Source of the DNA: a virus
Direction: 5' to 3' (one strand)
IMG/VR virus record: IMGVR_UViG_2822494597_000001
Length of the DNA: 64,000 bases
Part shown: piece after piece, positions 9,857 to 18,925 of the stretch
How positions within the stretch are numbered: the first letter of the stretch is position 1
How the letters are laid out: every line of letters begins with the position of its first letter
Position numbers and translations under genes: made by a program
The notes under the pieces: model-generated
Told to the model about the DNA's origin: nothing
The model's database searches: none
The model's input: only the letters and a program-made list of their open reading frames with translations

Positions 9857-10696
9857 TTATTTTGCAGGAACAGTGATATTTTCTCCTGACTTGAATGTTT
9901 CTTTGTTACCATTTAATTTACTGATTGTTTCTTTGTCTGTTTTAAACTTAATTGCTAAACCATCTAATGTGTCGCCTTCTTGTACTTCATAACTAATTAC
10001 AGACATATTGTTTTTCTTTTCTTCATTTGAAGCTCCTTTTGCTACCTCACTGCTTGGGTTATATCCCCCTTCAGAACTAATTTCTGACGTATCCAAACTC
10101 ATCATTTTTGAAATAATAATCTTTCCTTTTGATTGAGCATCGTAATATTGCTTCACTTCATCTTCTGTTAATTGAAGGTAATACTCTGATTTAGATGCTT
10201 GTGTTGCTTCAGGTGCTTGTGCAGAAACTTCTATTTTTTTATTTGCAAATAATGTCTGCACTTCTGATTGTTCTGAATGCTTATTCGTTAGTAACACAAA
10301 GACTTTTACGTTATCTGAATTCTTTATGTCTGGCATAAATTCTGATTGAATTTTTATTTTCAACTTTTCATCTGTGTTTTCTTTTTTCGATTCTAAACGT
10401 TGTGTTGCAATAGGTTCACCCTTTAACAAACCACCCTTTAATTGAGCTCCTTTAATTTGACTAATATCTGTCACATAGCCTTTTAAAAGACCACCCTTGG
10501 CAATATGAACAGGTGTAAACATACTTTCATTTACTTCTGTTTTTGCTTGAATATCCTCTTTTGCGACATAAATAGTTGTTCCAACTTTTTCTTGTTGATT
10601 TGCGAGATAGAAGTTCTGATATCCAAACATTAAAATAGCGAGTGTTGTTAAACCCCCTACCGCATATAACATTTTTTTGTTTTTTTGACTATCCAA
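9857..10696 (-). CDS. CpaB/RcpC-like SAF-domain protein with C-terminal LysM
   Basis: N-terminal TM, YVAKEDI...LLKGEPI SAF pattern, YEVQEGDTLDGLAIKF...ISKLN LysM; TTG start with AGGAGG RBS. Confidence 0.75.
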   Translation of the reverse strand: MDSQKNKKMLYAVGGLTTLAILMFGYQNFYLANQQEKVGTTIYVAKEDIQAKTEVNESMFTPVHIAKGGLLKGYVTDISQIKGAQLKGGLLKGEPIATQRLESKKENTDEKLKIKIQSEFMPDIKNSDNVKVFVLLTNKHSEQSEVQTLFANKKIEVSAQAPEATQASKSEYYLQLTEDEVKQYYDAQSKGKIIISKMMSLDTSEISSEGGYNPSSEVAKGASNEEKKNNMSVISYEVQEGDTLDGLAIKFKTDKETISKLNGNKETFKSGENITVPAK

Positions 10697-10802
10697 TCTG
10701 CCACACCTCCTATGTTTTTTCTCTGCATTTAGCATATATTAAATATCAACATAGGTAACCACTATTTCGGCTCTATGCTGTTCGACCTTCGTCATTATTA
10801 TA

Positions 10803-10816
10803 TTGACTATAGTTAT
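10803..10816. promoter_or_regulatory. TTGACT palindromic box between the divergent Tad operon and secreted gene
   Basis: TTGACTATAGTTAT. Confidence 0.65.
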
Positions 10817-10917
10817 CACATAAAATGAATGACGAGGATAAAACGAAATAAGATATTTTTCATCTTTTACTTTATTCAATTTTGATTTATCTTATAATTC
10901 GAAAGGAGTTGATATCC

Positions 10918-12489
10918 ATGAAGAAAACAAAATATTCACTAACTGCCTCACTTAGCTTGCTAATTCCCTTTCTTTTTTGTATGCCAGTACATGCAGAAGA
11001 TACACCAAAGTCGGAATTAGATGTGCAATACATGAAACAAAATGAAGAACATGCTCTCATTCAGGTAAATACAACAGGATTAAATGCAATTCGTCTTCCA
11101 GATGGAAACATTATTCACCAACAAACGATAGATTACATTACCTCGCGAAATGGGAATTATGGATTCTCTGACGTGGCTAAAAGTCCAGAAAAAATGGAAA
11201 ACAGCGTAAACATAGCAGATTTAAGAAAAGAACTATTAGTTACAAATAAAACACAAGTAAAATTGAAGTTAAAAACACAGGATTTACTTTCTGGAAATCA
11301 TGAAATGCGTTTTAAAAATGACAATGGAAATTGGTCTGTGTTTGAGCCTTTTAAACAAGATAAAGATTGGAATCTTTTAGATGAGGAAGGGATACGAACT
11401 GTTTCTGTACAATACAAAGATTTAGCAGGAAACATTTCAGATGATGTTTTTGATAGAATCTTTTTAGACAAGTCTGGACCAGAGACTTCCTTTCAAATTA
11501 ATAACGGAAGCACTTATACAAACACGGAGAATGTGACGCTCTCTATTACAGCAAAGGATAACTATTCTTATCCTTCTAAGATGTATATTAGTGTAGATGG
11601 TACCAATTGGATTGAAAAACCATTTAGTGAAAAACTGCCATTCACCTTACCTTTAGACGATGGTAAAAAAGATGTATATGTGAAAGTAGCAGATGCACTT
11701 GGAAATGTCAGTAAAGTGGTCAAACAAACGATTGTTTTAGATAAAACAGTTCCTTATGGCTCTATTGCTATCAATAATGGTGCTCAAATTGTTCCTTCTA
11801 AAAAGGTAGATTTATCAATTACATTAGGGGATAAATTATCTGGAATAAATAAGGTGAAAATTATAGATGGAGATAAAGAATATGTACTACCTACTGTTCC
11901 AAAAGACAAGATTACTATTCCTTGGGAACTAAGTGGAAAATCTAATGGCCAAGTTACATTAGTATTAGTAGATAATGCAGGAAACGTGGCAAGAATCGAA
12001 AGTAATCAAGTTATGTTAGCAACTTTAAATATTACTGGATTCAAATTGTTGAACGTTGTAAATCCTTCACAAACTACATTTAAACCAATTAAATGGGCTT
12101 TTGAACCACAGAAAATGATGGCAGGAGGCAATATCGAGTTTGCAATTTACTATGATTTATATCGAGATGAAAGAATCAAATCATCACGTATTGAGGGTAA
12201 ATATGCAATTGATATTGTTGGGGATAATGGTTACCATTACACATCTTCTAATCAATATGTGAATGAGCTACCTCTTCCTGAAAAAGGATTTAGCCTGAAT
12301 ACATTAATTCCAGAAAATGCACCAAGAAACGCAAAAGTGTATGTATCTTCTCATTTAAAAGCAACGTTACAAACTGACAAAGGAGAGGTTGTATTAGAGG
12401 ATAGTTTCCCTGATAAAAACGGGAAAGCACACATTGGTATTGTTGATGGCTTCATTAAAGATAGAATCAAGTTCAATGAAATTAGATAA
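10918..12489 (+). CDS. Secreted Ig-like repeat protein (singleton)
   Basis: Signal peptide MKKTKY...VHA; repeats ending DxAGN; unique C-terminal domain. Confidence 0.75.
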   Translation: MKKTKYSLTASLSLLIPFLFCMPVHAEDTPKSELDVQYMKQNEEHALIQVNTTGLNAIRLPDGNIIHQQTIDYITSRNGNYGFSDVAKSPEKMENSVNIADLRKELLVTNKTQVKLKLKTQDLLSGNHEMRFKNDNGNWSVFEPFKQDKDWNLLDEEGIRTVSVQYKDLAGNISDDVFDRIFLDKSGPETSFQINNGSTYTNTENVTLSITAKDNYSYPSKMYISVDGTNWIEKPFSEKLPFTLPLDDGKKDVYVKVADALGNVSKVVKQTIVLDKTVPYGSIAINNGAQIVPSKKVDLSITLGDKLSGINKVKIIDGDKEYVLPTVPKDKITIPWELSGKSNGQVTLVLVDNAGNVARIESNQVMLATLNITGFKLLNVVNPSQTTFKPIKWAFEPQKMMAGGNIEFAIYYDLYRDERIKSSRIEGKYAIDIVGDNGYHYTSSNQYVNELPLPEKGFSLNTLIPENAPRNAKVYVSSHLKATLQTDKGEVVLEDSFPDKNGKAHIGIVDGFIKDRIKFNEIR

Positions 12490-12491
12490 CA

Positions 12492-12525
12492 AAAAGCTAC
12501 ACTCTATGCAAGTAGTGTAGCTTTT
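12492..12525. terminator. Intrinsic terminator
   Basis: AAAAGCTACACT...AGTGTAGCTTTT. Confidence 0.7.
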
Positions 12526-12649
12526 ATAACTATTTAGGAAAAAATAATTGACGAATTAATGCTAATAAATTATAATATAATTAAAGATAAGTAAATATAG
12601 AAATCAGGAAGGGTTTGTGATAACTCTACAAAAAAAAGGAGATGATAGT

Positions 12650-12799
12650 ATGTTACAAGAATTACTGGATGGTTATTTTTTATTTTTAGTTGCGTACTCT
12701 CTATATCGAGTTGTTGTTGCGGGTGTAGAAACTGTTCAAGATATGCCTGAACTTAAAAAGAACAGAGAACAATACTTGAGAGAGATGGGACGATTATAA
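12650..12799 (+). CDS. Small single-TM protein
   Basis: AAGGAG RBS, MLQELLDGYFLFLVAY. Confidence 0.55.
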   Translation: MLQELLDGYFLFLVAYSLYRVVVAGVETVQDMPELKKNREQYLREMGRL

Positions 12800-12850
12800 T
12801 TTTTAATCTTCCTTTATATACAGGTAAAGAGACAGAATCTGTCTCTTTTT

Positions 12851-13315
12851 TTATTTTTCTTTTATTTTCTTTCCTACAATTTTTTCATCTTCAGCTTTTA
12901 TACGAAGAATCATATGAGGATAGCTTTCTTTTTCTTCTATACTCGTGTTCTTTTCAGGTTCCACTACGTTATAGCCAACGACAATATCTTTATTTGCCTT
13001 TCTTACATCAAACAACTCAATACCATATCCAGTTGTGAATTTCTTTCCGTCTGCTATTACAATATAAGTATATTCTTTATCCGTTTTAGAATGGACACCT
13101 TTTTCTTTTGATGAATTTTCATACCAAGATTTCATGTCACCTTCATTCAATACACTTTCATCTAATAATTCATATTTTATCTCTTTTTGCGTTTTTAACT
13201 CTTTGACAGTCCATGTATCTTTTTTCATAAGCGTATTCTCATTAGAACAGCCAACAAATACACTTGTAGTGATAGAAAGTAATAACATTATGCCTATTTT
13301 TCTTTTACTCATCAT
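12851..13315 (-). CDS. Lipoprotein with PrcB C-terminal-like domain
   Basis: Lipobox VFVGC; YIVIADG...TGYGIEL...YPHMILRI pattern. Confidence 0.65.
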   Translation of the reverse strand: MMSKRKIGIMLLLSITTSVFVGCSNENTLMKKDTWTVKELKTQKEIKYELLDESVLNEGDMKSWYENSSKEKGVHSKTDKEYTYIVIADGKKFTTGYGIELFDVRKANKDIVVGYNVVEPEKNTSIEEKESYPHMILRIKAEDEKIVGKKIKEK

Positions 13316-13399
13316 GTATATGCACCTCCATTTTATTCTTATATTATATATTTTACATAGACTATATTCAATAAAAAACAAACAAAAAGAGCTGACCCT

Positions 13400-16012
13400 C
13401 TATTCAGTCAACTCAATTTTTATTTGATTCTGATTCGGTTTTGTTTTATCAATTTTAACAACTCTCGTCTTTGTTTCCGAAATGTTTCCTGCCTTATCAT
13501 ATACTCTTGATTTAACAGTCGTAATTCCTTCATTCATAATCATGAATGGCTCTTTATAAATAGTCCACCCTTGATTAATCGCCCCCTCCAATGTATATTC
13601 AATCTTTTGAATACCTGAAGAAACAGGGATTTCTAATCCATTCACCTTTATATTTGCTTCTTTTCTATTTCCTGCATTGTCGAATACGACAAACGGATAC
13701 ACACCATTTTGGTCTACTTTGAATTGAACTGAGAATTCTCTCTGCTTTGTCCCATTAGGCAATACTATTTCACTTACACCACTCTGACTATCCGTAGCTT
13801 TCACATCAATAAATCCTTCTTTTTTATTCTGAGAAATAGAAACGTTTGTCGAAACCTCTGGAGCAGTTATATCTATTTGATTTATCTGTATGGTTTTGAC
13901 CGTAACATTCCCTGCTTTATCATACACTTTGAATGTATAGCTTCCATTCGCTTTTATTTTGTACGAAATCTCTTCTTGATTTGTTTGACTGCTATTCGGC
14001 AATTCAATTCGGGAAACACCACTTTTACTATCACTGGCTTTTAATTTTAATTCTATTTCCTTATTTGTGAAAGTGTTAGGTATTCCTTCAATATTTAATA
14101 CAGGATTATCCTTATCTATTAACACTTTTACGGTCTTCTCTGTCTCTTTCCCACGATTATCTAATACTTTATAGACATAAGTTCCCTCTTCACTTAACGT
14201 GTCCCTATAGGCGTTCTGGTGCACTTCACGACCATTTGGTAGCCTAATTTTATCTACTTGAAAATCATCATTATCCAATAATTCGTATTTTAAGTCACTA
14301 TATTCCACTGTGAAATCATGGTCAATGTGAGGAACATCAATTTGTGTCCATGGTTGTAAGTCTTTATAATAATTACCAGGAATTGTGAATATTTCTTCAA
14401 AATGAACCTTCCCTTTTCCTTTCAAGTCAATCAACTTAAAATTATTTGCTCTTGTCCATGTTCTTCTTAATGTGTATTCACTTCCAACATTACCCATGTA
14501 AATATAAGAAAACCCTACACCTATAGTTTCATTCACAGGTTCTCTTTTTGCATTTATAAACTCCACATTTCCAGTAATTTTCACCCTCTTATCTTTATAG
14601 GTTGTGAAGTTTTGCCACATAGGAAGCCAAGAATCTCTGGTATCTTGCTTATATGTCCCTTCATACCCCACATCATTCGTAGAGGAAATGTCTACAGATA
14701 CATCTTTATTCGTCCAACCTTCCGTAGATGCTTTTATCTCCACTTTTGAAGGAATGTTAACATTCCCAATTGGAACAACTGAGTATCTGTAATTACCAGC
14801 CTTATCCTTCGACACAAAGTTGTATTCTTTATTCTCTGCAAAAGTGTATTCAAATTCCCCTGTTTTAATTCTGTTTCCATTAGGTAATTGCACATAATCT
14901 AAACCACTTTCACTATCTTGTACCTTTACCTTTAAAACAAATTGTTTGTTTTGTCTTTTATTTAATTCCTCTTTATTTAACACTTCAAAAACAGGTGGTG
15001 TTATATCGGATTCTTCCTCTCTCATTTGAAACGGTTCATTTGTAATATCGACGTCTCCCTTTTCAAACCTTACATAATTAGAGTATAAATAAGAATCATC
15101 CCCTGGTGTATCATAAGGCTTTATATCAATGACTTCTTTAGTGATTAATAATGGATAATTATCCTCGGACTTATTGACAACCATCCATACTAATTCTTCT
15201 CCTAAATATGTTCCGAATTTAACTTCGTCTCCAATTTTCATGTCTTTTGCCAACATGTTATTGGACAATCTATATTCAGGTTTTAAATGAATGGCAGGGA
15301 CTACACCTTTTGCTTCTTGAGCACGGGAGATTCTTGTAGCTGAATCTTCCCATCCTACTGTTGATACATTATCTGAAGCTTGTTCAGCATAACCAGTCGA
15401 TGTAAGCCAAGGAATTGTATCGTTAAAGTAACTATTTTTATTTTTTGCAGATTTACTAATGGATTTTGTTAAGGGGAGTCCTCTTTTTTGAATATAGTCA
15501 TACACTTCCCATATGTTTAATAAAAACACTTTATCTTTTTCGTTCCGATAAAAATAATCCATCTTTTCTCTCTCTATATTTGGAAGTTGAAACAATAGGG
15601 ATTGGTTATCAACATGTGCAGGAGGTCTTTGTAATCCACCACCATGTTTCCCACCAGTATTCGCATCATGGAAGTTCACATGTACCCTGTGATTGGTAAC
15701 AGCTATACCTTCTTGTTCACTCTTTGTAAATGTAGTTAAAAAGCCTGGTTCCATATCGTATGCAGTATTACCTAATTTTTGAGAACTTGGAGGTAGATTG
15801 GTATATTTCACTACATTATCTGTACTATTTAACCATTCTCTAATATTAGAAGACCCCCAATATGAACTTCCCCATACATCCCTTCTTAAATATGAGTTTT
15901 CACTCCCTACAAGCTTATTTTCAAAAGTATCAATAGAATGTGCAGAAATAGGATAACTACTTATACCTAAAGTAACTAAGGCACTTATAATCATAGCTTT
16001 ATATTTTCTCAT
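13400..16012 (-). CDS. Secreted protein, family 1 paralog A (DUF6273-like N-terminus, Ig-like repeats)
   Basis: Signal peptide; YWGSSNIREWLN, DKVFLL, VPAIHL; LPNG...NGxYxF..DxAGN repeats. Confidence 0.75.
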   Translation of the reverse strand: MRKYKAMIISALVTLGISSYPISAHSIDTFENKLVGSENSYLRRDVWGSSYWGSSNIREWLNSTDNVVKYTNLPPSSQKLGNTAYDMEPGFLTTFTKSEQEGIAVTNHRVHVNFHDANTGGKHGGGLQRPPAHVDNQSLLFQLPNIEREKMDYFYRNEKDKVFLLNIWEVYDYIQKRGLPLTKSISKSAKNKNSYFNDTIPWLTSTGYAEQASDNVSTVGWEDSATRISRAQEAKGVVPAIHLKPEYRLSNNMLAKDMKIGDEVKFGTYLGEELVWMVVNKSEDNYPLLITKEVIDIKPYDTPGDDSYLYSNYVRFEKGDVDITNEPFQMREEESDITPPVFEVLNKEELNKRQNKQFVLKVKVQDSESGLDYVQLPNGNRIKTGEFEYTFAENKEYNFVSKDKAGNYRYSVVPIGNVNIPSKVEIKASTEGWTNKDVSVDISSTNDVGYEGTYKQDTRDSWLPMWQNFTTYKDKRVKITGNVEFINAKREPVNETIGVGFSYIYMGNVGSEYTLRRTWTRANNFKLIDLKGKGKVHFEEIFTIPGNYYKDLQPWTQIDVPHIDHDFTVEYSDLKYELLDNDDFQVDKIRLPNGREVHQNAYRDTLSEEGTYVYKVLDNRGKETEKTVKVLIDKDNPVLNIEGIPNTFTNKEIELKLKASDSKSGVSRIELPNSSQTNQEEISYKIKANGSYTFKVYDKAGNVTVKTIQINQIDITAPEVSTNVSISQNKKEGFIDVKATDSQSGVSEIVLPNGTKQREFSVQFKVDQNGVYPFVVFDNAGNRKEANIKVNGLEIPVSSGIQKIEYTLEGAINQGWTIYKEPFMIMNEGITTVKSRVYDKAGNISETKTRVVKIDKTKPNQNQIKIELTE

Positions 16013-16117
16013 AATGTATCCTCCTCCCTAAATCTTTTTATTATTATATATTTCTTATACAATTTTTAATTCTTACAATAAAAAACAAGAGACCTGACTG
16101 TTTAGTCGAGTCTCTTT

Positions 16118-18742
16118 TTATTCTAACGTAATTAAAATTCCATTGTTTATTGGTTTAGTCTTATCAAGTTTTACCACTTTTGATTTTTCACTCGAAATAT
16201 TTCCTGCTTTGTCATACGCTCTTGATGTAATCGTTGTAAGACCTTCTTTTTTTATGAAAAACGGCTCCATATAATTGGTCCAACCCTTATTTTCTGCACC
16301 ATCTAACTTATATTCTATCTTTTGAATTCCAGAGATAGATACCTTTTCTAAATCCGAAATTTTAGAGGTTATTTCCTTTATGTTTCCCGCATTATCTTTT
16401 AATTTAAATGGATATTCTCCATTTTCATATACATTAATTTTCACTGTATCTCCTTGCACCCATTCACCACTTGGTAATTGAATCGAATCTACACCACTTT
16501 CATCATCTTTAGCGATTACTCGAATCTCTCTACCAGATTTATCAACATTATGTTTTTCATCTAATAAGAATGATGATTGAATGTGATGATAAGGTTGTAG
16601 TTTGTCTATGTTTCGAATGGCTACTTTTTTTATAGCCACATTACCCGCTTTATCATATGTTTGAAATTGATAATCACCATTCGTCTTTGCAACAAATTCA
16701 AACGAGGTACTTGTCGTTTCACTTCCATTTGGTAAGATTGTTTTTGCTACGCCACTTTGAGAGTCAGAAACCGTTACATTCAACTTAACGTCTCGATTTG
16801 TCCACTTGTCACTTATCCCATCAACTTGAATTGTAGGTAGTGTTTTATCAATCTTTACTTCCACATCTTTTTTTGTTATCATGCCTCGGTTGTCTAACAC
16901 TTGGTACGTATAACTCCCTTCTTTTGTTAGTGTATCTTTATAACTTTTTTCACCAATTGAATTTCCGCTTGGAAGTATGATTTTTTCAATAGCAAAATCA
17001 TCTTTGTCTAACAATTCATATCTCACATTTGTCCATTCGACTTTATAATTCGTATCCTGTGCATCTACATTGATTTGTGACCATGGAATTAAATCCTTAT
17101 AATAGTAATCAGGAACTGTGAAAACCTGGTCAAAATGAGCTTTCTTTTTCTCTTGCAATTCTTTTAGAGAATAACGTATTGGTAAATGATAATTTTTTTG
17201 CAAGTTATATTCTGAACCTGATTTATTGACCGAAGTAAAAATGAATCCCATTCCTGTAAAATAATCTCCTACAGGTTTTTTCGCTTCAATAAATTCAACA
17301 TCTCCTGATATACGAATTCTTTTCCCCTTATATGTTGTATAATTCGGCCACATCGCTTCTGTTCTATCACGATTATTTTGAATTTTTTCTGCAAAAGCAC
17401 TCCCTACATCATTTGATGCTGAAATATCTACCGTTACATCTTTATTTGTCCATCCATTTGCAGAAGGATTAATAATTACTTTTGGTGGTATATTGATGTT
17501 TCCAACTGGAATAACGAAGTATCTAAAATTACCTACCTTATCTTTTGCAATAAATAAGTATTCTTTATTCTCCGACATCGTGTAAGAAACTCGTTTGTTA
17601 TACACCTTGTTTCCATTTGGCAAAATGACATATTCTATATCAGATTCATCACTTGCTTCCAATTCAAGTGTAAACTCATCATTGCTTCTTTTATTCAATT
17701 TATCTTCATTTAGTATTTTAAAATCTGGTGGGGTTATATCCTTGCTGTTATTAATATTTCGATAAGGTTCTTCTACGATATTCACATCTTCTTTTTGGAA
17801 ATCAACAACCTCTGAATATTTATAAGCCTCATCCCCAGGAGCATCATAATGTTTTAAGTCTATGATTTTTTCAGATAATAAAAGCGGAAATCCTTCTTCG
17901 GTTTTATTGACAACCTCCCATTCAATAGGAGCCCCATTATAGTTTCCAAATAATAATTTCTCTCCAATCTGAATATCTTTAGCTATCTTCCCATTCGGAA
18001 ACTTATAATCTGGTTTGATATGTATAGCAGGTACTACGCCTCCTAATCTATTTGTGTAACCAAATACAAGTGACCTCGATGAATCAGGTGTAATTAAAAA
18101 TGTCAGGTCGTATCCAATGTTTGCTCTTCCACCACTTAACATCCAATGTTCATAGTTGTTATAATAACTATGTTTCTTTTGTGCTTCAGGCGTTAATTCC
18201 TTAGGTAACGACCAACCTCTTTTTTGTAAATAGCTATAAGCCTCATAAGCATTTAAAAAGAACACTTTATCATTTTCCATTTTATAAAAGAAATTCTTAT
18301 TATTATTCAACAAGCCATTTAAACTAAATGTCATTGATTGATTAGGATAGGCTACATCTGATTGAGATGTATTCCCTCCATCTTTCATTCCCGCTTGTGC
18401 ATCTGTAGTAGAAACATATACACGGTGTTTAGTAACTGCAATTGCATCTTGTTCTTCCACATTAAAATTTGACAAGAAACCTGGTTCTTTATCATAAGCA
18501 AAGTTTCCTAATTTATCTGAAGATGGCGCTTGATTTGTATACTTTATATAAGATTTATCAGTATTTAACCACTCTCTAATATTAGAGGTTGTCCAGTAAT
18601 TGCTTCCATATGTTTTTCTTGATTGCATGGATGGCTGAATAAGTTCATTTTCTTTCACACCATCTGCATAAATAGGCTGACATTGAATAGTTAAAAGGGA
18701 AATTCCTAAAAACGAACTTACTATTTTTTTAAATGTATTCAT
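16118..18742 (-). CDS. Secreted protein, family 1 paralog B
   Basis: Same architecture; start MNTFKK behind GAGGAGG RBS. Confidence 0.75.
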   Translation of the reverse strand: MNTFKKIVSSFLGISLLTIQCQPIYADGVKENELIQPSMQSRKTYGSNYWTTSNIREWLNTDKSYIKYTNQAPSSDKLGNFAYDKEPGFLSNFNVEEQDAIAVTKHRVYVSTTDAQAGMKDGGNTSQSDVAYPNQSMTFSLNGLLNNNKNFFYKMENDKVFFLNAYEAYSYLQKRGWSLPKELTPEAQKKHSYYNNYEHWMLSGGRANIGYDLTFLITPDSSRSLVFGYTNRLGGVVPAIHIKPDYKFPNGKIAKDIQIGEKLLFGNYNGAPIEWEVVNKTEEGFPLLLSEKIIDLKHYDAPGDEAYKYSEVVDFQKEDVNIVEEPYRNINNSKDITPPDFKILNEDKLNKRSNDEFTLELEASDESDIEYVILPNGNKVYNKRVSYTMSENKEYLFIAKDKVGNFRYFVIPVGNINIPPKVIINPSANGWTNKDVTVDISASNDVGSAFAEKIQNNRDRTEAMWPNYTTYKGKRIRISGDVEFIEAKKPVGDYFTGMGFIFTSVNKSGSEYNLQKNYHLPIRYSLKELQEKKKAHFDQVFTVPDYYYKDLIPWSQINVDAQDTNYKVEWTNVRYELLDKDDFAIEKIILPSGNSIGEKSYKDTLTKEGSYTYQVLDNRGMITKKDVEVKIDKTLPTIQVDGISDKWTNRDVKLNVTVSDSQSGVAKTILPNGSETTSTSFEFVAKTNGDYQFQTYDKAGNVAIKKVAIRNIDKLQPYHHIQSSFLLDEKHNVDKSGREIRVIAKDDESGVDSIQLPSGEWVQGDTVKINVYENGEYPFKLKDNAGNIKEITSKISDLEKVSISGIQKIEYKLDGAENKGWTNYMEPFFIKKEGLTTITSRAYDKAGNISSEKSKVVKLDKTKPINNGILITLE

Positions 18743-18925
18743 TTTTAGTCCTCCTCTCGTATTTTTGATTTCTATAATAAATTCAATTATTCTATTATAG
18801 AAATCAAAATTCGAAATCATTCCGATTCTCATTCCAAACCTCTATGAATCTTTATATGTTGACATGCAATCCAGATACGGTATATGAAATTACACATAAG
18901 AAAAAGAGCCTTAAAATCAGCTCTA

